From positions 124,001-188,000 of the IMG/VR virus record IMGVR_UViG_3300044632_001003: a stretch of DNA of 64,000 nucleotides, one strand, 5' to 3'. The notes under the pieces are model-generated. The model saw only the letters and a program-made list of their open reading frames with translations. It had not been told where the DNA came from and searched no databases. Each line of letters starts with the position of its first letter. The first letter of the stretch is position 1. Shown here in pieces: positions 27,501-36,912 of the stretch. A program made the position numbers and the translations under genes.

Positions 27501-30500
27501 CCTTGACAGTACTTGTTGAATCATCCCAGATTCCATACCAACCAGTTTGTAAGTTTGAATAATAATCTTGGTTATCAATATAAATTGCATTTACTGATCC
27601 AATTGTTCCGCTGTTATACCTGATGAATCCAGTGCCTGGGTCAGAATTTGTTGTAGTTGTACTAAATTGATAATTAACACCACCCTTGTTTCCAGAAATA
27701 CCTTGGATACCTTGATATCCTTGAATACCTTGTGTCCCCTGTACTCCCTGCTCACCCTGAATGCCTTGAGTTCCTTGGTCTCCTACTGTTCCTTGAGTAC
27801 CTTGGCGACCTTGAACACCCTGAACACCTTGACGACCCTGAACACCTTGAGCACCATCAGTTCCTTGAGTACCTACATCACCCTGAATACCTTGGCGACC
27901 CTGAATACCTTGGCGACCCTGAAGACCTTGAGTTCCTTGTTCGCCTTGAAGACCCTGCTCACCTTGAGTTCCTTGAACACCCTGGATTCCCTGACGACCC
28001 TGAGTTCCTTGAATACCTTGAGTACCCTGAATACCCTGAGTACCTTGCTCACCCTGAACGCCTTGGATGCCTTGAGTACCTTGAGTACCTTGAGTACCTT
28101 GAACACCTTGGATACCTTGACGACCTTGAGTGCCTTGAACGCCCTGAACACCTTGAGCGCCAGTAATACCCTGAGTTCCTTGCTCACCCTGAATACCTTG
28201 AACACCTTGAGTACCTTGCTCACCCTGAATACCTTGAACACCCTGAGTACCTTGGGTTCCTTGAGTGCCTTGGACACCCTGACGACCTTGAAGACCCTGC
28301 TGACCTTGAACGCCTTGAACACCCTGAACACCTTGAGTGCCTTGGACACCTTGAACACCCTGGCGACCTTGGAGAGCAACTTCTTCAATCAGCGACCAGG
28401 TTACTCCAACTCCTGTAGAGGTAAGAACTGAAGTCGTTGTTCCAACTTGATTAACAGTATCATAAAGTGGTCCCTTAAATGCAACTCCACTAAAGGCAGT
28501 AATTAATCCAGCAGAACTAAACTGTGAAGCATGTAATACTGTAGTTGTTGTAATTCCAAGAGTGCTGATTCCACTGACATTTACTCCAGTGAGTTTTGGA
28601 GTTTGAGCAACAGATACAATTCCCGAAGAAACCGTTAAATTAGTTGCATCAAATGCAGCAATACCTTTTGTAGTATCAGTTGCAAATGTATGAGTATTGC
28701 TTGTAATAACGCCAGTTACTCTTCCATAAGAATCAACATTAATTTGAGTAACAAAAGAAGTATCACCGCTTGTTAGTGAAGACTTAGAAGTTGCAACAGT
28801 TGCTAAATCAATATCGTCAGCATTAACAACAATTCTTGATGTACTTGCTGTACCGACAGCCAGTTCAGTGACAAGACTATTATAAAGACCAGCACCAGCA
28901 AGAGTTTGAGTTGGAGCTGTGAATTGTGTCCATTCTAATGCCGATGTACCAACACCGACATTACCCCTTGTGATATGAACCCAACCAGTGCCGCCATTAA
29001 TTACACCATCACCAATGAATGTAAAGTCACCAGGAGCAATTTCAGCATCTTCATCATAATTTGCATCTCTGACTAATTCCCAAGAAGTAGATCCACTACC
29101 AGCTCTTGTGATGTTGTAAATACCATTTTCAAATAAATTCGTTTGATCTTTAACAAGAATTCTTTCATCAAATATAGATGTAACACCATCAACTATAAGT
29201 GTTCCAATCCCAACACCCCACAGCTTTGCTCCAACTCCAGCAAAACCATTATCATAATATGAAGAAAGATTTGAAGTCGTTGCAACAGACACAGACTTCT
29301 GAATTGTAATCGCAGACTGGAAGTTGTCCAGATAGTTCTTCGTTACAAGTTCATTGGTTGCACTTGGAATGGTCTCAGTTGCAAAGAAACGATAACCATA
29401 AACATTACTTGAAATTCCAGCCTCACCATTTACGGTGAGGGTTCTGTTCATCACATTGGTTCCAACACCAACACGATTTGCTGCAGAATCATAAACAAGA
29501 GTTGCAGCACCAGCAAAAATTCCGTTATCATTATATTGGACTTGCTGGTTACTACCTGCAGCAGTGGTTGCCTGAACAGTGATTGTTGAAATATTTCCAG
29601 AAGAGCTGGCAGTAATTCCACTACCAACGAAATTGACAATCGTTACAGCTCCAAGAGTTCCTACCTGAACACCTTCATCTTGAATTGTAATACCTGTGAT
29701 TGCATTTGCAGGAGCACCATCTACCCAATCAATGCCATCTGCAGTTGAGATAAGAACCTGACCACTTGTTCCAGCTTGATTATTCTTATCGTAAAGTGCT
29801 CCCTGAAGTCTGATTGCACCAGCAACATCTAAATGTCTAGATGGTAATGTTGTATTAATACCAACATAACCAGTCAAACCTTCAACGAATACATCATCAT
29901 TTAAGTTGATATCAACATCAGATCCATCTCCAAGTTTTACATAATCTTGTGCTCCTTCAAAAATATCAACTAATTGAACTCCACCAGCATTGATTCTGAT
30001 TCTATCTTCCGTTAATCTAATAAAAGTATCATCAGAAATATCTTGATAGCGATAAATGTATTGACCGACATAGATGTCTGTTCCGAATGTGGCAATACCA
30101 GTTACATTAAGAGATCCTCCAAGGGCATCAGAAATACTTACTCCAGCAAAAGTTGCATTAGAAAGAACAGTAAGATCTTGAGTTCTTACTTCTCCATAAA
30201 CATCAAGTTCTGTAGTTGCAAGGCTTGTGCCAATACCAACTTTTCCATCCTGAAGAATTGAAATTGCTTCTACTTGAGCCCCAGTTTGGTTATCAGATAA
30301 AATTGAAAGTGACTTATTGTTACCACTTCTTGTTCCAAAATACTTAATATTAAATCCATAGTCTGCACTATTTCCACTTATACCATTAGCAAGACCATTG
30401 ACTCTGAAAATATCAACATCCTTTGATACTACAGAAGTTCTAATGATTGACCCAGTAGGAGTTGCTACCCCATAGTCAAATCTTAGTTCGTTATCACCAA

Positions 30501-31647
30501 TATCAAGATTATCAGCAAATGTTGAAACACCAGTAATTGAAAGTTGATTGGCAAACTGAGTTCCATAAACAGTCGAACCAGTTGCAACAGTTTCTAACTT
30601 TTTGGAATTATCGTAATAGAGTTCTACTGATCCATTCCTTATGAATGAACCCATAGTTTCACCCTCAGTGGTTGCAATAACAACTGCAGCACCATTAGTT
30701 TCCAATCTTAAATTACCAGCACCAATATCCCTAATGTAGGATTGACCAGATGAATGATAAATATCCAAAGATGGAGTGTTTCCAAAATACAATCTATCAT
30801 TATCACCAAAGTATGCAGAGGCACCAAATGATACGTTGCCAGAGAATGTGCTTAGACCAGATACAAAAATATTCTGTGCATCTAGTGCCTTACTTACAGT
30901 AAGACCACCACCTAGAGTGGATACTCCACTTACTGACAGTCTTGTCAGATCTGCAATTCCACCAATAACAGAAGTTGAAATTCCAGATAGGGGAGCATAA
31001 GTTGCAATACCAGCAACCTCAGCGTATGTTGCAATGCCAGCAACTTCAGAATACGTTGAGAATCCTGCTTGGCCCGAATATGTAGATACACCAGCTACAA
31101 AAGCATAGGTTGCCACACCTGCATTTGTGGCATAACCAGAAAACGTAGAGATTCCAGAAATTTGTGCGTAGGTTGAAAACCCAGCTTGACCAGAATATGT
31201 AGAGAATCCAGCCTTTGGTGCATAAGTTGCTACGCCAGCAGAAGCGGCATAAGTTGCTACACCAGCAGAAGTCGCATAATCAGAAAATGTAGCGATTCCA
31301 GAAACTTCAGAATAAGTGGAGAAACCTGCTTGACCAGAATACGTTGAGAATCCTGCGGTAGGAGTATAAGTTGCAATTCCAGCAGAAGAAGCATATGTAG
31401 AGACACCTGCTGTCTTTGCATATCCAGCAGTTGTTGCTTCACCCTCAAAAGATCCAACAAAAGAACTAGCGGTAACAATACCAGTGATTTCTGCACCACC
31501 TTTAACATACAAGTCACTAGTTGCATTGGTTGTGCCAATACCGACTCTACCAGTTATTTGTAATACTGATCTACTTTCGGTATAATCAGGAATACCAATG
31601 CGTACAAGTTCGTTTCTACCGCTGAGATATCTTATTGGACCTGCCAT
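24526..31647 (-). CDS. Giant collagen-like tail fibre (Gly-X-Gln repeats)
   Basis: 2373 aa; VGIGT fibre motifs; three long (GXQ)n runs separated by globular spacers. Confidence 0.8.
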   Translation of the reverse strand: MAGPIRYLSGRNELVRIGIPDYTESRSVLQITGRVGIGTTNATSDLYVKGGAEITGIVTASSFVGSFEGEATTAGYAKTAGVSTYASSAGIATYTPTAGFSTYSGQAGFSTYSEVSGIATFSDYATSAGVATYAASAGVATYAPKAGFSTYSGQAGFSTYAQISGISTFSGYATNAGVATYAFVAGVSTYSGQAGFSTYSEVAGIATYAEVAGIATYAPLSGISTSVIGGIADLTRLSVSGVSTLGGGLTVSKALDAQNIFVSGLSTFSGNVSFGASAYFGDNDRLYFGNTPSLDIYHSSGQSYIRDIGAGNLRLETNGAAVVIATTEGETMGSFIRNGSVELYYDNSKKLETVATGSTVYGTQFANQLSITGVSTFADNLDIGDNELRFDYGVATPTGSIIRTSVVSKDVDIFRVNGLANGISGNSADYGFNIKYFGTRSGNNKSLSILSDNQTGAQVEAISILQDGKVGIGTSLATTELDVYGEVRTQDLTVLSNATFAGVSISDALGGSLNVTGIATFGTDIYVGQYIYRYQDISDDTFIRLTEDRIRINAGGVQLVDIFEGAQDYVKLGDGSDVDINLNDDVFVEGLTGYVGINTTLPSRHLDVAGAIRLQGALYDKNNQAGTSGQVLISTADGIDWVDGAPANAITGITIQDEGVQVGTLGAVTIVNFVGSGITASSSGNISTITVQATTAAGSNQQVQYNDNGIFAGAATLVYDSAANRVGVGTNVMNRTLTVNGEAGISSNVYGYRFFATETIPSATNELVTKNYLDNFQSAITIQKSVSVATTSNLSSYYDNGFAGVGAKLWGVGIGTLIVDGVTSIFDERILVKDQTNLFENGIYNITRAGSGSTSWELVRDANYDEDAEIAPGDFTFIGDGVINGGTGWVHITRGNVGVGTSALEWTQFTAPTQTLAGAGLYNSLVTELAVGTASTSRIVVNADDIDLATVATSKSSLTSGDTSFVTQINVDSYGRVTGVITSNTHTFATDTTKGIAAFDATNLTVSSGIVSVAQTPKLTGVNVSGISTLGITTTTVLHASQFSSAGLITAFSGVAFKGPLYDTVNQVGTTTSVLTSTGVGVTWSLIEEVALQGRQGVQGVQGTQGVQGVQGVQGQQGLQGRQGVQGTQGTQGTQGVQGIQGEQGTQGVQGIQGEQGTQGITGAQGVQGVQGTQGRQGIQGVQGTQGTQGTQGIQGVQGEQGTQGIQGTQGIQGTQGRQGIQGVQGTQGEQGLQGEQGTQGLQGRQGIQGRQGIQGDVGTQGTDGAQGVQGRQGVQGVQGRQGTQGTVGDQGTQGIQGEQGVQGTQGIQGYQGIQGISGNKGGVNYQFSTTTTNSDPGTGFIRYNSGTIGSVNAIYIDNQDYYSNLQTGWYGIWDDSTSTVKGYLVITSASPTGTIVNVWQIDSVTNSTGYYTIGVTFISGTLPSNNELLSVEFSRTGDLGQQGIQGVQGTQGRQGIQGIQGNFGEQGVQGTQGTQGEQGIQGVQGRQGAQGIQGEQGTQGRQGIQGVQGVQGLLGTQGTVGQQGTQGTTGGQGIQGIQGTTGQQGAQGIKGEQGVQGITGAQGTTGAQGIQGFQGVTGSQGTVGTQGTVGGQGIQGTQGVQGVQGDQGIQGRQGLQGITGDTGAQGVQGRQGTQGTDGSQGFQGVQGRQGTQGTTGEQGVQGVQGTLGNQGVQGIQGVLGAQGTAGANGTQGSQGLQGRQGIDGATGAQGVQGRQGIQGVQGTQGIQGQTGTQGTQGIQGQTGTQGTQGIQGISGTLGTQGAQGIQGRQGIQGTTGTQGTTGSQGTQGTTGSQGVQGITGTRGGSDWTPVLVNVTQSTTDSSTFTKTGGTNASWDSSVYSVQGYVLGVYATARISSTTGFAMFGLNSDPTTDTSFSSIDYAFYFDNGTVSIYEGGTSVYSSGTYTATDTAYVLYDGTTVRYYLNGTLLRQVNRSPGSALFLDSSIYTSNLAFNNLAFGPMGSQGIQGVQGTQGITGAQGIQGITGPQGTQGIQGRQGIQGFQGTTGPQGIQGNNGTQGTQGTQGLIGPSNAILSIDDTSTTTLYPVMVSTLGSNATPKSRSTATAFAFNASTNVLSVANIAASNHYDFTGTYNINLGSGGTEGRGLVAGYSGGSYGGIGYNVRHTTTSGSYIAPGTDTSSYLLFNQGFTFYNAAAGSAGRSLSYTTLGLLTSSGNFGQPVGGSFHRVAYTSADNSYSGTFWWNGIAFGNNGDNYLVAGRTAVGGRFRFYTNNTSDITSNTTPGGTLAVTMDNAGDTIIEQNIQLKNRLRDGTNSAGTSGQLLSSTGTGTVWVNNTGTNAYHYLAINTDKNDVSDYGNLRLTAITGSDTYEANDTNPLVRDTRAPILADFFALTASISMSISSTGYLQVTTAV
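25570..28375 (-). repeat. Three collagen-like (Gly-X-Gln)n tracts (~25570-25765, ~26230-27330, ~27690-28375)
   Basis: Degenerate 9-nt units such as CAAGGTATT/CAGGGTACT; boundaries approximate. Confidence 0.95.
30960..31440 (-). repeat. 9-residue AG(V/I/F)(S/A)TYxxx tandem repeat
   Basis: 13 nonamers plus two 12-residue SGI(A/S)TFSxYATx units. Confidence 0.9.
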
Positions 31648-31660
31648 TTTATTCTACGAA

Positions 31661-32002
31661 TTAGAGGTTAGAAGTTTCTAGAATACTAGTTAAAAATTTC
31701 AAATTCGTTGCATTACTACCAGAGGTAACCAGAGAGTCTCCAGTTTCTAATACTAATTTTCCTGCAAGTAGATTAACAGTGTCATTAGGTGCAATAGGAA
31801 TATCCTTAATTAAAGGAGTGTCAGATCCATCTCTGCGGAAATTTAATGTCATTGTATAAGTCGTAGCTCCCATATTTGTGCATTGAGCCAAAAGAACTAC
31901 TCCTGTGTATCCAACAGGAGCAGTATAAACTACTGCGTTTGAAGTTCCTACGGTTTGTGTTACCGTCTGAAAAGTATTTACTGCTGCCGATGCTGCTGCC
32001 AT
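31661..32002 (-). CDS. Small virion-associated protein
   Basis: VYTAPVGYTGVVLLAQ...GKLVLETGD; late cluster. Confidence 0.7.
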   Translation of the reverse strand: MAAASAAVNTFQTVTQTVGTSNAVVYTAPVGYTGVVLLAQCTNMGATTYTMTLNFRRDGSDTPLIKDIPIAPNDTVNLLAGKLVLETGDSLVTSGSNATNLKFLTSILETSNL

Positions 32003-32006
32003 TTAA

Positions 32007-34538
32007 TTAATCTCCTCCTAGAGCTAGAATGAATGGGGTAACCTGACTGAACAAACTCTTAACATAAATTGCTCCAGAAATTGTTCCTGTAGTTTGGTCG
32101 ATTATAACACCATCACCAATTCTGAAGTTACCATCTTGGTCAGTGCTCGTATAAATGACCTCACCACCATCAATCTTTACAACTTCATTTTCTTGAACTG
32201 TCACTCCACCCTTAGAAGGTCTTGCAGTTTCAATTGCATTTCCAGCACCAATATACTCAAAAGAATGTGAAGAAGCGATTTGCAAACTTTGTCTAGCAAA
32301 ATATGCAGTTAATCCTGCTCCAACATCATTATTTAGATTCTGTACCAGAGAGACTGTTGTGATTCCAGATGATGGAAGAGTTGCAGAATCAATCAAATAA
32401 TAAATTGGAGATAGCACTGGTTCTGCAGTTGCTGTTACTCCACCACCAACAGGGGCAGCAATTGTAATTACTGGAGGACTATCTAACTCATACTGGAATC
32501 CAGTTGTAAGTATGTTAATACTATCAACTCCACCAAGAGAATTAAGATTTGCAGTAAGCTGAGCAGGAATTGCGTTACCAGGACCAGTTGGTGCAGTAAC
32601 AGTAACCAAAGGTGGTGTTGAATATCCTGCTCCAGGATTTGTAACTGTTGCGGACTGAACTGAGTAATACTTCTTATCAAAATAAACTGATTGTCCAGAA
32701 TAAGGTCTGAATGTACCAACCCCAGAGAGAACGACAACATTATCACCCCTTGTTGTCAGGGTTGTAAGTCCTGCGGTATATCTATCAGTTGATTTTGTAG
32801 TTTCATCACCCACACCTTCAGATACAAGACCTTCTCTACCAAATGAAGAGTTAGAGTTTGTAAGGTCTAACTGTCCGCCTTGTCCAGTATAAATTGCACG
32901 GTCAGTACAAATAGTAAAGATAGAAACCAACTGAGCATAAGCACCGTTTGTGATGGAAACACCAATTCCACCTTGATTATATTGTGTATAGGAATCAACG
33001 TGGAATGCACCCTGAATACCAATGTCTCCTTGGTCTCCTACTTCAGAGTTGAATCCATCAATTTTAGCTCCAATACTATTAGGAATAAAGTTGGTGCAGT
33101 TTCTAACATAAGGTCCTTTTGTAACTGGACCAGTTCCTTGCAGAGGACTTAATGAAGATGTTAGAATTCCTGAGTTAATTGCACCATTATTACCAGGATA
33201 GTTTGTATTGATTCCACTTGCAGAAAGTCCGACATCAATAATAGTAGTAACAATCCCAACGCAAGAATAAATTGCAGATACAACGTTAGCACAACTATTC
33301 ACACTATTATTAAATCCAGTTAGAGGATCAGCTTGCATTGATAGATCCTTTACCTGAGTAAATTCATTCTGATAATTTGTATATTTCTCAACTGTTCCAC
33401 CAGACGTATAGAAGTGGTCCAATGTGGATACACCAACCACAACTTCAAACGTATTAACTCCAACAACACTCTTGACTGGGAAAATATATCCGAAAGAACC
33501 ATCTGGATAAATGACTGTTCCAGGTCCAGAATTACAAGTAAATCCTAGACCGATAATTTTTACAGGATCATCCTTTAAAAGTCCGTGATTTGCTACGGTA
33601 ATTGTTGTAACACCAGTTGTTCTATCATAAGTTGCATTAGTAACTGATAGACTTCCAATACCAGCAGACTTACTACCCCAAGTAGCGTTATTGATAATCG
33701 ATCTAACAATGCCTGCAGAGTATTGAATTGCATCAATCGTTTCTGTCTTTACACCAACAATATGTTGAATTGCACCACCATTGTAATATGACTTACCTGC
33801 ACCTACACACTTGGAGTTGCCACCTCTGGTAATGTCGTGGCAAACACAATTCCAAATTGAACGAATATCTTCGATACAATTATTGACTGTTCCAATTCCG
33901 ATATTGAATGCAGGATTTCTATAATCTGTGCTTGTAATATACCCTACTGTTTCTCTAGCAATAAATTCAATATTATTACGAATCATTCGAGCAGCATCAA
34001 AATATCTGTCTGCTGCAGTTCCTAATAGTGGTCTTAGTGAAACAACCGCCGCACCATTTGTCGATGGTTGCCCCATAAAACTGATGTTTGTTATATGGCA
34101 ACCATTGCCCATATAAAACAAATCTTTTGATGGGTCAGATGGAGTAACTATACAGTTTCTAAGTTCTGCACCTTCGATTCCAAGGTTATCACACATGTTG
34201 ATAGGATTACTCTCAACATATGTTCCAGGGAAAATCCTTATCGTATCATATGGACCAGAAGCAGAAACTGCGGCACCAATTGTCCTTTTTGAATCAATTT
34301 GGTTCAGACCAGTATTATCATCCGAACCATTCATTGTAACGAATAGTGTCTTACCAGCGGTTGTTGCTGCACCAGCTTCTACAATTCTGGTGCCAATCCC
34401 AACCCCGTTTCTATCCTGCTTTAAAAGAATTCTACCGTCATATGTGTTAATGGCTAGCTCACCTAGAGGAAGTTGCTCTAAAGTTGGCTTCTTACCAGGG
34501 ACTGCTGATCTTTTAAACCTAATAATTGGATCGGCCAT
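32007..34538 (-). CDS. Virion structural / tail-fibre protein
   Basis: IRFKRSAVPGKKP...LGELAINTYDG; KGPYVRNCTNF...SYTQYNQGGIG beta-helix-like segment. Confidence 0.75.
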   Translation of the reverse strand: MADPIIRFKRSAVPGKKPTLEQLPLGELAINTYDGRILLKQDRNGVGIGTRIVEAGAATTAGKTLFVTMNGSDDNTGLNQIDSKRTIGAAVSASGPYDTIRIFPGTYVESNPINMCDNLGIEGAELRNCIVTPSDPSKDLFYMGNGCHITNISFMGQPSTNGAAVVSLRPLLGTAADRYFDAARMIRNNIEFIARETVGYITSTDYRNPAFNIGIGTVNNCIEDIRSIWNCVCHDITRGGNSKCVGAGKSYYNGGAIQHIVGVKTETIDAIQYSAGIVRSIINNATWGSKSAGIGSLSVTNATYDRTTGVTTITVANHGLLKDDPVKIIGLGFTCNSGPGTVIYPDGSFGYIFPVKSVVGVNTFEVVVGVSTLDHFYTSGGTVEKYTNYQNEFTQVKDLSMQADPLTGFNNSVNSCANVVSAIYSCVGIVTTIIDVGLSASGINTNYPGNNGAINSGILTSSLSPLQGTGPVTKGPYVRNCTNFIPNSIGAKIDGFNSEVGDQGDIGIQGAFHVDSYTQYNQGGIGVSITNGAYAQLVSIFTICTDRAIYTGQGGQLDLTNSNSSFGREGLVSEGVGDETTKSTDRYTAGLTTLTTRGDNVVVLSGVGTFRPYSGQSVYFDKKYYSVQSATVTNPGAGYSTPPLVTVTAPTGPGNAIPAQLTANLNSLGGVDSINILTTGFQYELDSPPVITIAAPVGGGVTATAEPVLSPIYYLIDSATLPSSGITTVSLVQNLNNDVGAGLTAYFARQSLQIASSHSFEYIGAGNAIETARPSKGGVTVQENEVVKIDGGEVIYTSTDQDGNFRIGDGVIIDQTTGTISGAIYVKSLFSQVTPFILALGGD

Positions 34539-34600
34539 TTAACACATTCGGTATCTACCAGAAGGAACAGTATTTACTATTCTGGTTTATTTATAAAAAT

Positions 34601-34972
34601 CTACGAAGCATTATTTCTTCTTGGTCTGTATTTAAACAGATTAAGAGGAGGGTCTGGTTTCATCCATTCTTCTATTTTATTAAATCTTTCTTCACTATAA
34701 AAGTCTTGCTGAACAAACCATAATTTCCAGTGCTCATGTCCCTTCGACTGGTTACAATCATGACAGCAACAGACTACGTTTTTTGTAAAGTCTGCTCCAC
34801 CTTTTGATTGAGGGATAATGTGATCAATTGTGAGTCTCTCCTCCGACCCACAATAAGCACATTGATGATTCCACTGTTCTTTTATATGTTGCCTCCACAT
34901 TCGTTTCGCCTCCCCAGAACTTGTTGCGTGTAACTGAAACAAGTATTCTTTTGGAGAGTGTAGAGGTCCCAT
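34601..34972 (-). CDS. HNH endonuclease
   Basis: CAYCG...TIDHIIPQSKGG...NVVCCCHDCNQSKG. Confidence 0.92.
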   Translation of the reverse strand: MGPLHSPKEYLFQLHATSSGEAKRMWRQHIKEQWNHQCAYCGSEERLTIDHIIPQSKGGADFTKNVVCCCHDCNQSKGHEHWKLWFVQQDFYSEERFNKIEEWMKPDPPLNLFKYRPRRNNAS

Positions 34973-34994
34973 AAGCGATTGCGATTTGAATTAT

Positions 34995-35582
34995 TTATCC
35001 AACATACTCAATAATGTAAAGACCCCTTAGAGATTCGATTACGTGGGTCTTCTTAATAATGTGGCGGTTATCATAAACAAATCTTTGGGCAGCATCTCTA
35101 CCACTCCTTTCACTAAAGAAGTCACTAACCAATACAACTCTTGCCTTACCTTTAGTTAATTCAAGGTCATGATATCTTCCTTCAAAAGTTGTATCGCCAT
35201 CAATATGAATCAGATAATAACTATCGTCTAAAGATTCTAGTTCTTGACTATTAATTGTTTCGACTCTTATATCAATATTTTCTGCAAGAGATTCTGTCAA
35301 ATTCTCTTCAGTCCGAGTAGCAGATTCACTATCCAGTTCATATCCAACAATTTTATTTAAAGTGGTCGAACCCAAAGATAAAGAATAAAGACTGTATCCA
35401 TTTCTTGTTCCGATTTCTAAAATACTATCTGGGTCATAATATTTTGAAATAGCATAGAAGAGTTCATAATGACTCCCAGAATTGATATAATCACTATGAC
35501 CTTCTTCTTCTCTTTCAAAGAAGAATTCCTCATCACCAACTTCAAATATTGATGCTGGTTTTAAACTATAAATCTCTTCCAT
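34995..35582 (-). CDS. Class I SAM-dependent methyltransferase
   Basis: ILEIGTRNGYS, LIHIDGD. Confidence 0.75.
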   Translation of the reverse strand: MEEIYSLKPASIFEVGDEEFFFEREEEGHSDYINSGSHYELFYAISKYYDPDSILEIGTRNGYSLYSLSLGSTTLNKIVGYELDSESATRTEENLTESLAENIDIRVETINSQELESLDDSYYLIHIDGDTTFEGRYHDLELTKGKARVVLVSDFFSERSGRDAAQRFVYDNRHIIKKTHVIESLRGLYIIEYVG

Positions 35583-35603
35583 CTGAATACAGACTCTTTA
35601 AAA

Positions 35604-35726
35604 TTATTTATTCTTTGATCCAATAACAAAAACAAGTTCCTTCAGTGTTATAAAAATATAATGGATCTCATCGTAATAAGTAATGTCTTGATCTCTTTCA
35701 AGAAAGTGTTGTATCTTTTTTAGCAT
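35604..35726 (-). CDS. Small hypothetical protein (40 aa)
   Basis: Hand translation MLKKIQHFLERDQDITYYDEIHYIFITLKELVFVIGSKNK*. Confidence 0.55.
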   Translation of the reverse strand: MLKKIQHFLERDQDITYYDEIHYIFITLKELVFVIGSKNK

Positions 35727-35727
35727 T

Positions 35728-36024
35728 TTACACAACCACTGGTTCTGCTTGACTTTCTGGAAGTTTGATTTGTGGCAGTTCTTTCACTTCCCAAGAACCG
35801 CCAACTCCACCATCCATATTCACAACAATCTCATTAGTTGGTAATGCCTTTGGAATCTCAACATCCACAACAGGTCCCATCAGAAACTTATTACGAGTAT
35901 AAGTTCTGTTATGTGGATCAAAGGAAACCATTTCAAGAGCATCAGACTCTTCGCCACAGTCCAGAATCTTTCTTCCAGTTCTTTTATCAATCACTGAAAA
36001 ATACTCATCACGATACTTGTTCAT
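35728..36024 (-). CDS. Conserved cyanophage hypothetical protein
   Basis: YFSVIDKRTGRKILDCGEESDAL.MV...NRTY. Confidence 0.75.
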   Translation of the reverse strand: MNKYRDEYFSVIDKRTGRKILDCGEESDALEMVSFDPHNRTYTRNKFLMGPVVDVEIPKALPTNEIVVNMDGGVGGSWEVKELPQIKLPESQAEPVVV

Positions 36025-36133
36025 CTTTTATTTCCTTTTCTTCATTATAAGATGGTTCTGGTTTTCTGTAAAGACCTGGCCAAGTATCACGAATAATCTC
36101 TGCGAGTTTATAGGGTGTTTCTGATGTTATCAT
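36008..36133 (-). CDS. Small conserved cyanophage protein (41 aa)
   Basis: MITSETPYKLAEIIRDTWPGLYRKP...; ATGA coupling. Confidence 0.65.
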   Translation of the reverse strand: MITSETPYKLAEIIRDTWPGLYRKPEPSYNEEKEIKDEQVS

Positions 36134-36795
36134 TCTTCAAAGTACATATTACGACGATAGTTTTCTCCAGGACAGTTTTCAATATGTTCAACTTCTTCTT
36201 GTGGTAAGAAATGAACACCACCAAGAAGTTTGGCACCAACAAAAATCTCAGCAGACTTCTCACACATCAAACTTGCAGATGCACAATCTTTCTGATAAGG
36301 AGATGCTGTAATGATGCCGTGATTTTTGAGAAGAATTAGTTTAGGAAAATATCCTTCCTCATTCACAAACTTGGTTACATATTCCTCAACCAATGCAAGA
36401 ATTCTTTCTCCAGGAGGAGCATAAGGAACTAAACAAGACTTAGGACCATTTCTTACAATTTGATCTGGAAACCAACGATGATTCGCAAAATCATCTGCTG
36501 CATCAGAACAAAGAATCTGTGTGGTATATGGTGGATGACTATGAGCGATATAGTTAATCTCTGGAAAAGTTTTCATAATCCAAGCGTGAAACAGTGTCTC
36601 AATACTTGGTTTCTTATGACTTAATTCTATCTGTGCTCCATTTGTATTACATAAGGTCAAATCTTCTTCGGAGAGTGTATGAAGACTTGTACCACTTGCC
36701 TTAATTAAAAAAGTATCTTTATCAACTCTTTCAGATACATTACCTTCCCCACAAATCGTATAATCTGCAATCGTATGTGCCAGATCTAATATCAT
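36130..36795 (-). CDS. Class II aldolase/adducin family protein
   Basis: GEGNVS, IKASG, KPSIETLFH, HSHP, LKNHG. Confidence 0.9.
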   Translation of the reverse strand: MILDLAHTIADYTICGEGNVSERVDKDTFLIKASGTSLHTLSEEDLTLCNTNGAQIELSHKKPSIETLFHAWIMKTFPEINYIAHSHPPYTTQILCSDAADDFANHRWFPDQIVRNGPKSCLVPYAPPGERILALVEEYVTKFVNEEGYFPKLILLKNHGIITASPYQKDCASASLMCEKSAEIFVGAKLLGGVHFLPQEEVEHIENCPGENYRRNMYFEE

Positions 36796-36883
36796 AGTTT
36801 ATAGAACAAAACCTTGAAATTTTATTTATTAAAACATAACTTAATGGTTGTCTGGAAATCAATACAAAATACTTAAAAGGACA

Positions 36884-36912
36884 TAAAAAAGGAGGAGTCA
36901 AGCCCCTCCTTG
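36884..36912 (-). terminator. Intrinsic terminator after psbD
   Basis: AGGAGGGG-CTTGA-CTCCTCCT-T run. Confidence 0.8.

Noticed and set aside
25569-28431. Many alternative-frame and antisense ORFs (LNTLSTL, VFKVFR, EHLEYLE repeats), also at 45382-47261
   Set aside because: By-products of the 9-nt periodic collagen-coding sequence
34601-34972. HNH gene as a mobile homing element
   Set aside because: Short HNH type common in cyanomyoviruses; no disrupted or duplicated neighbour sequence seen
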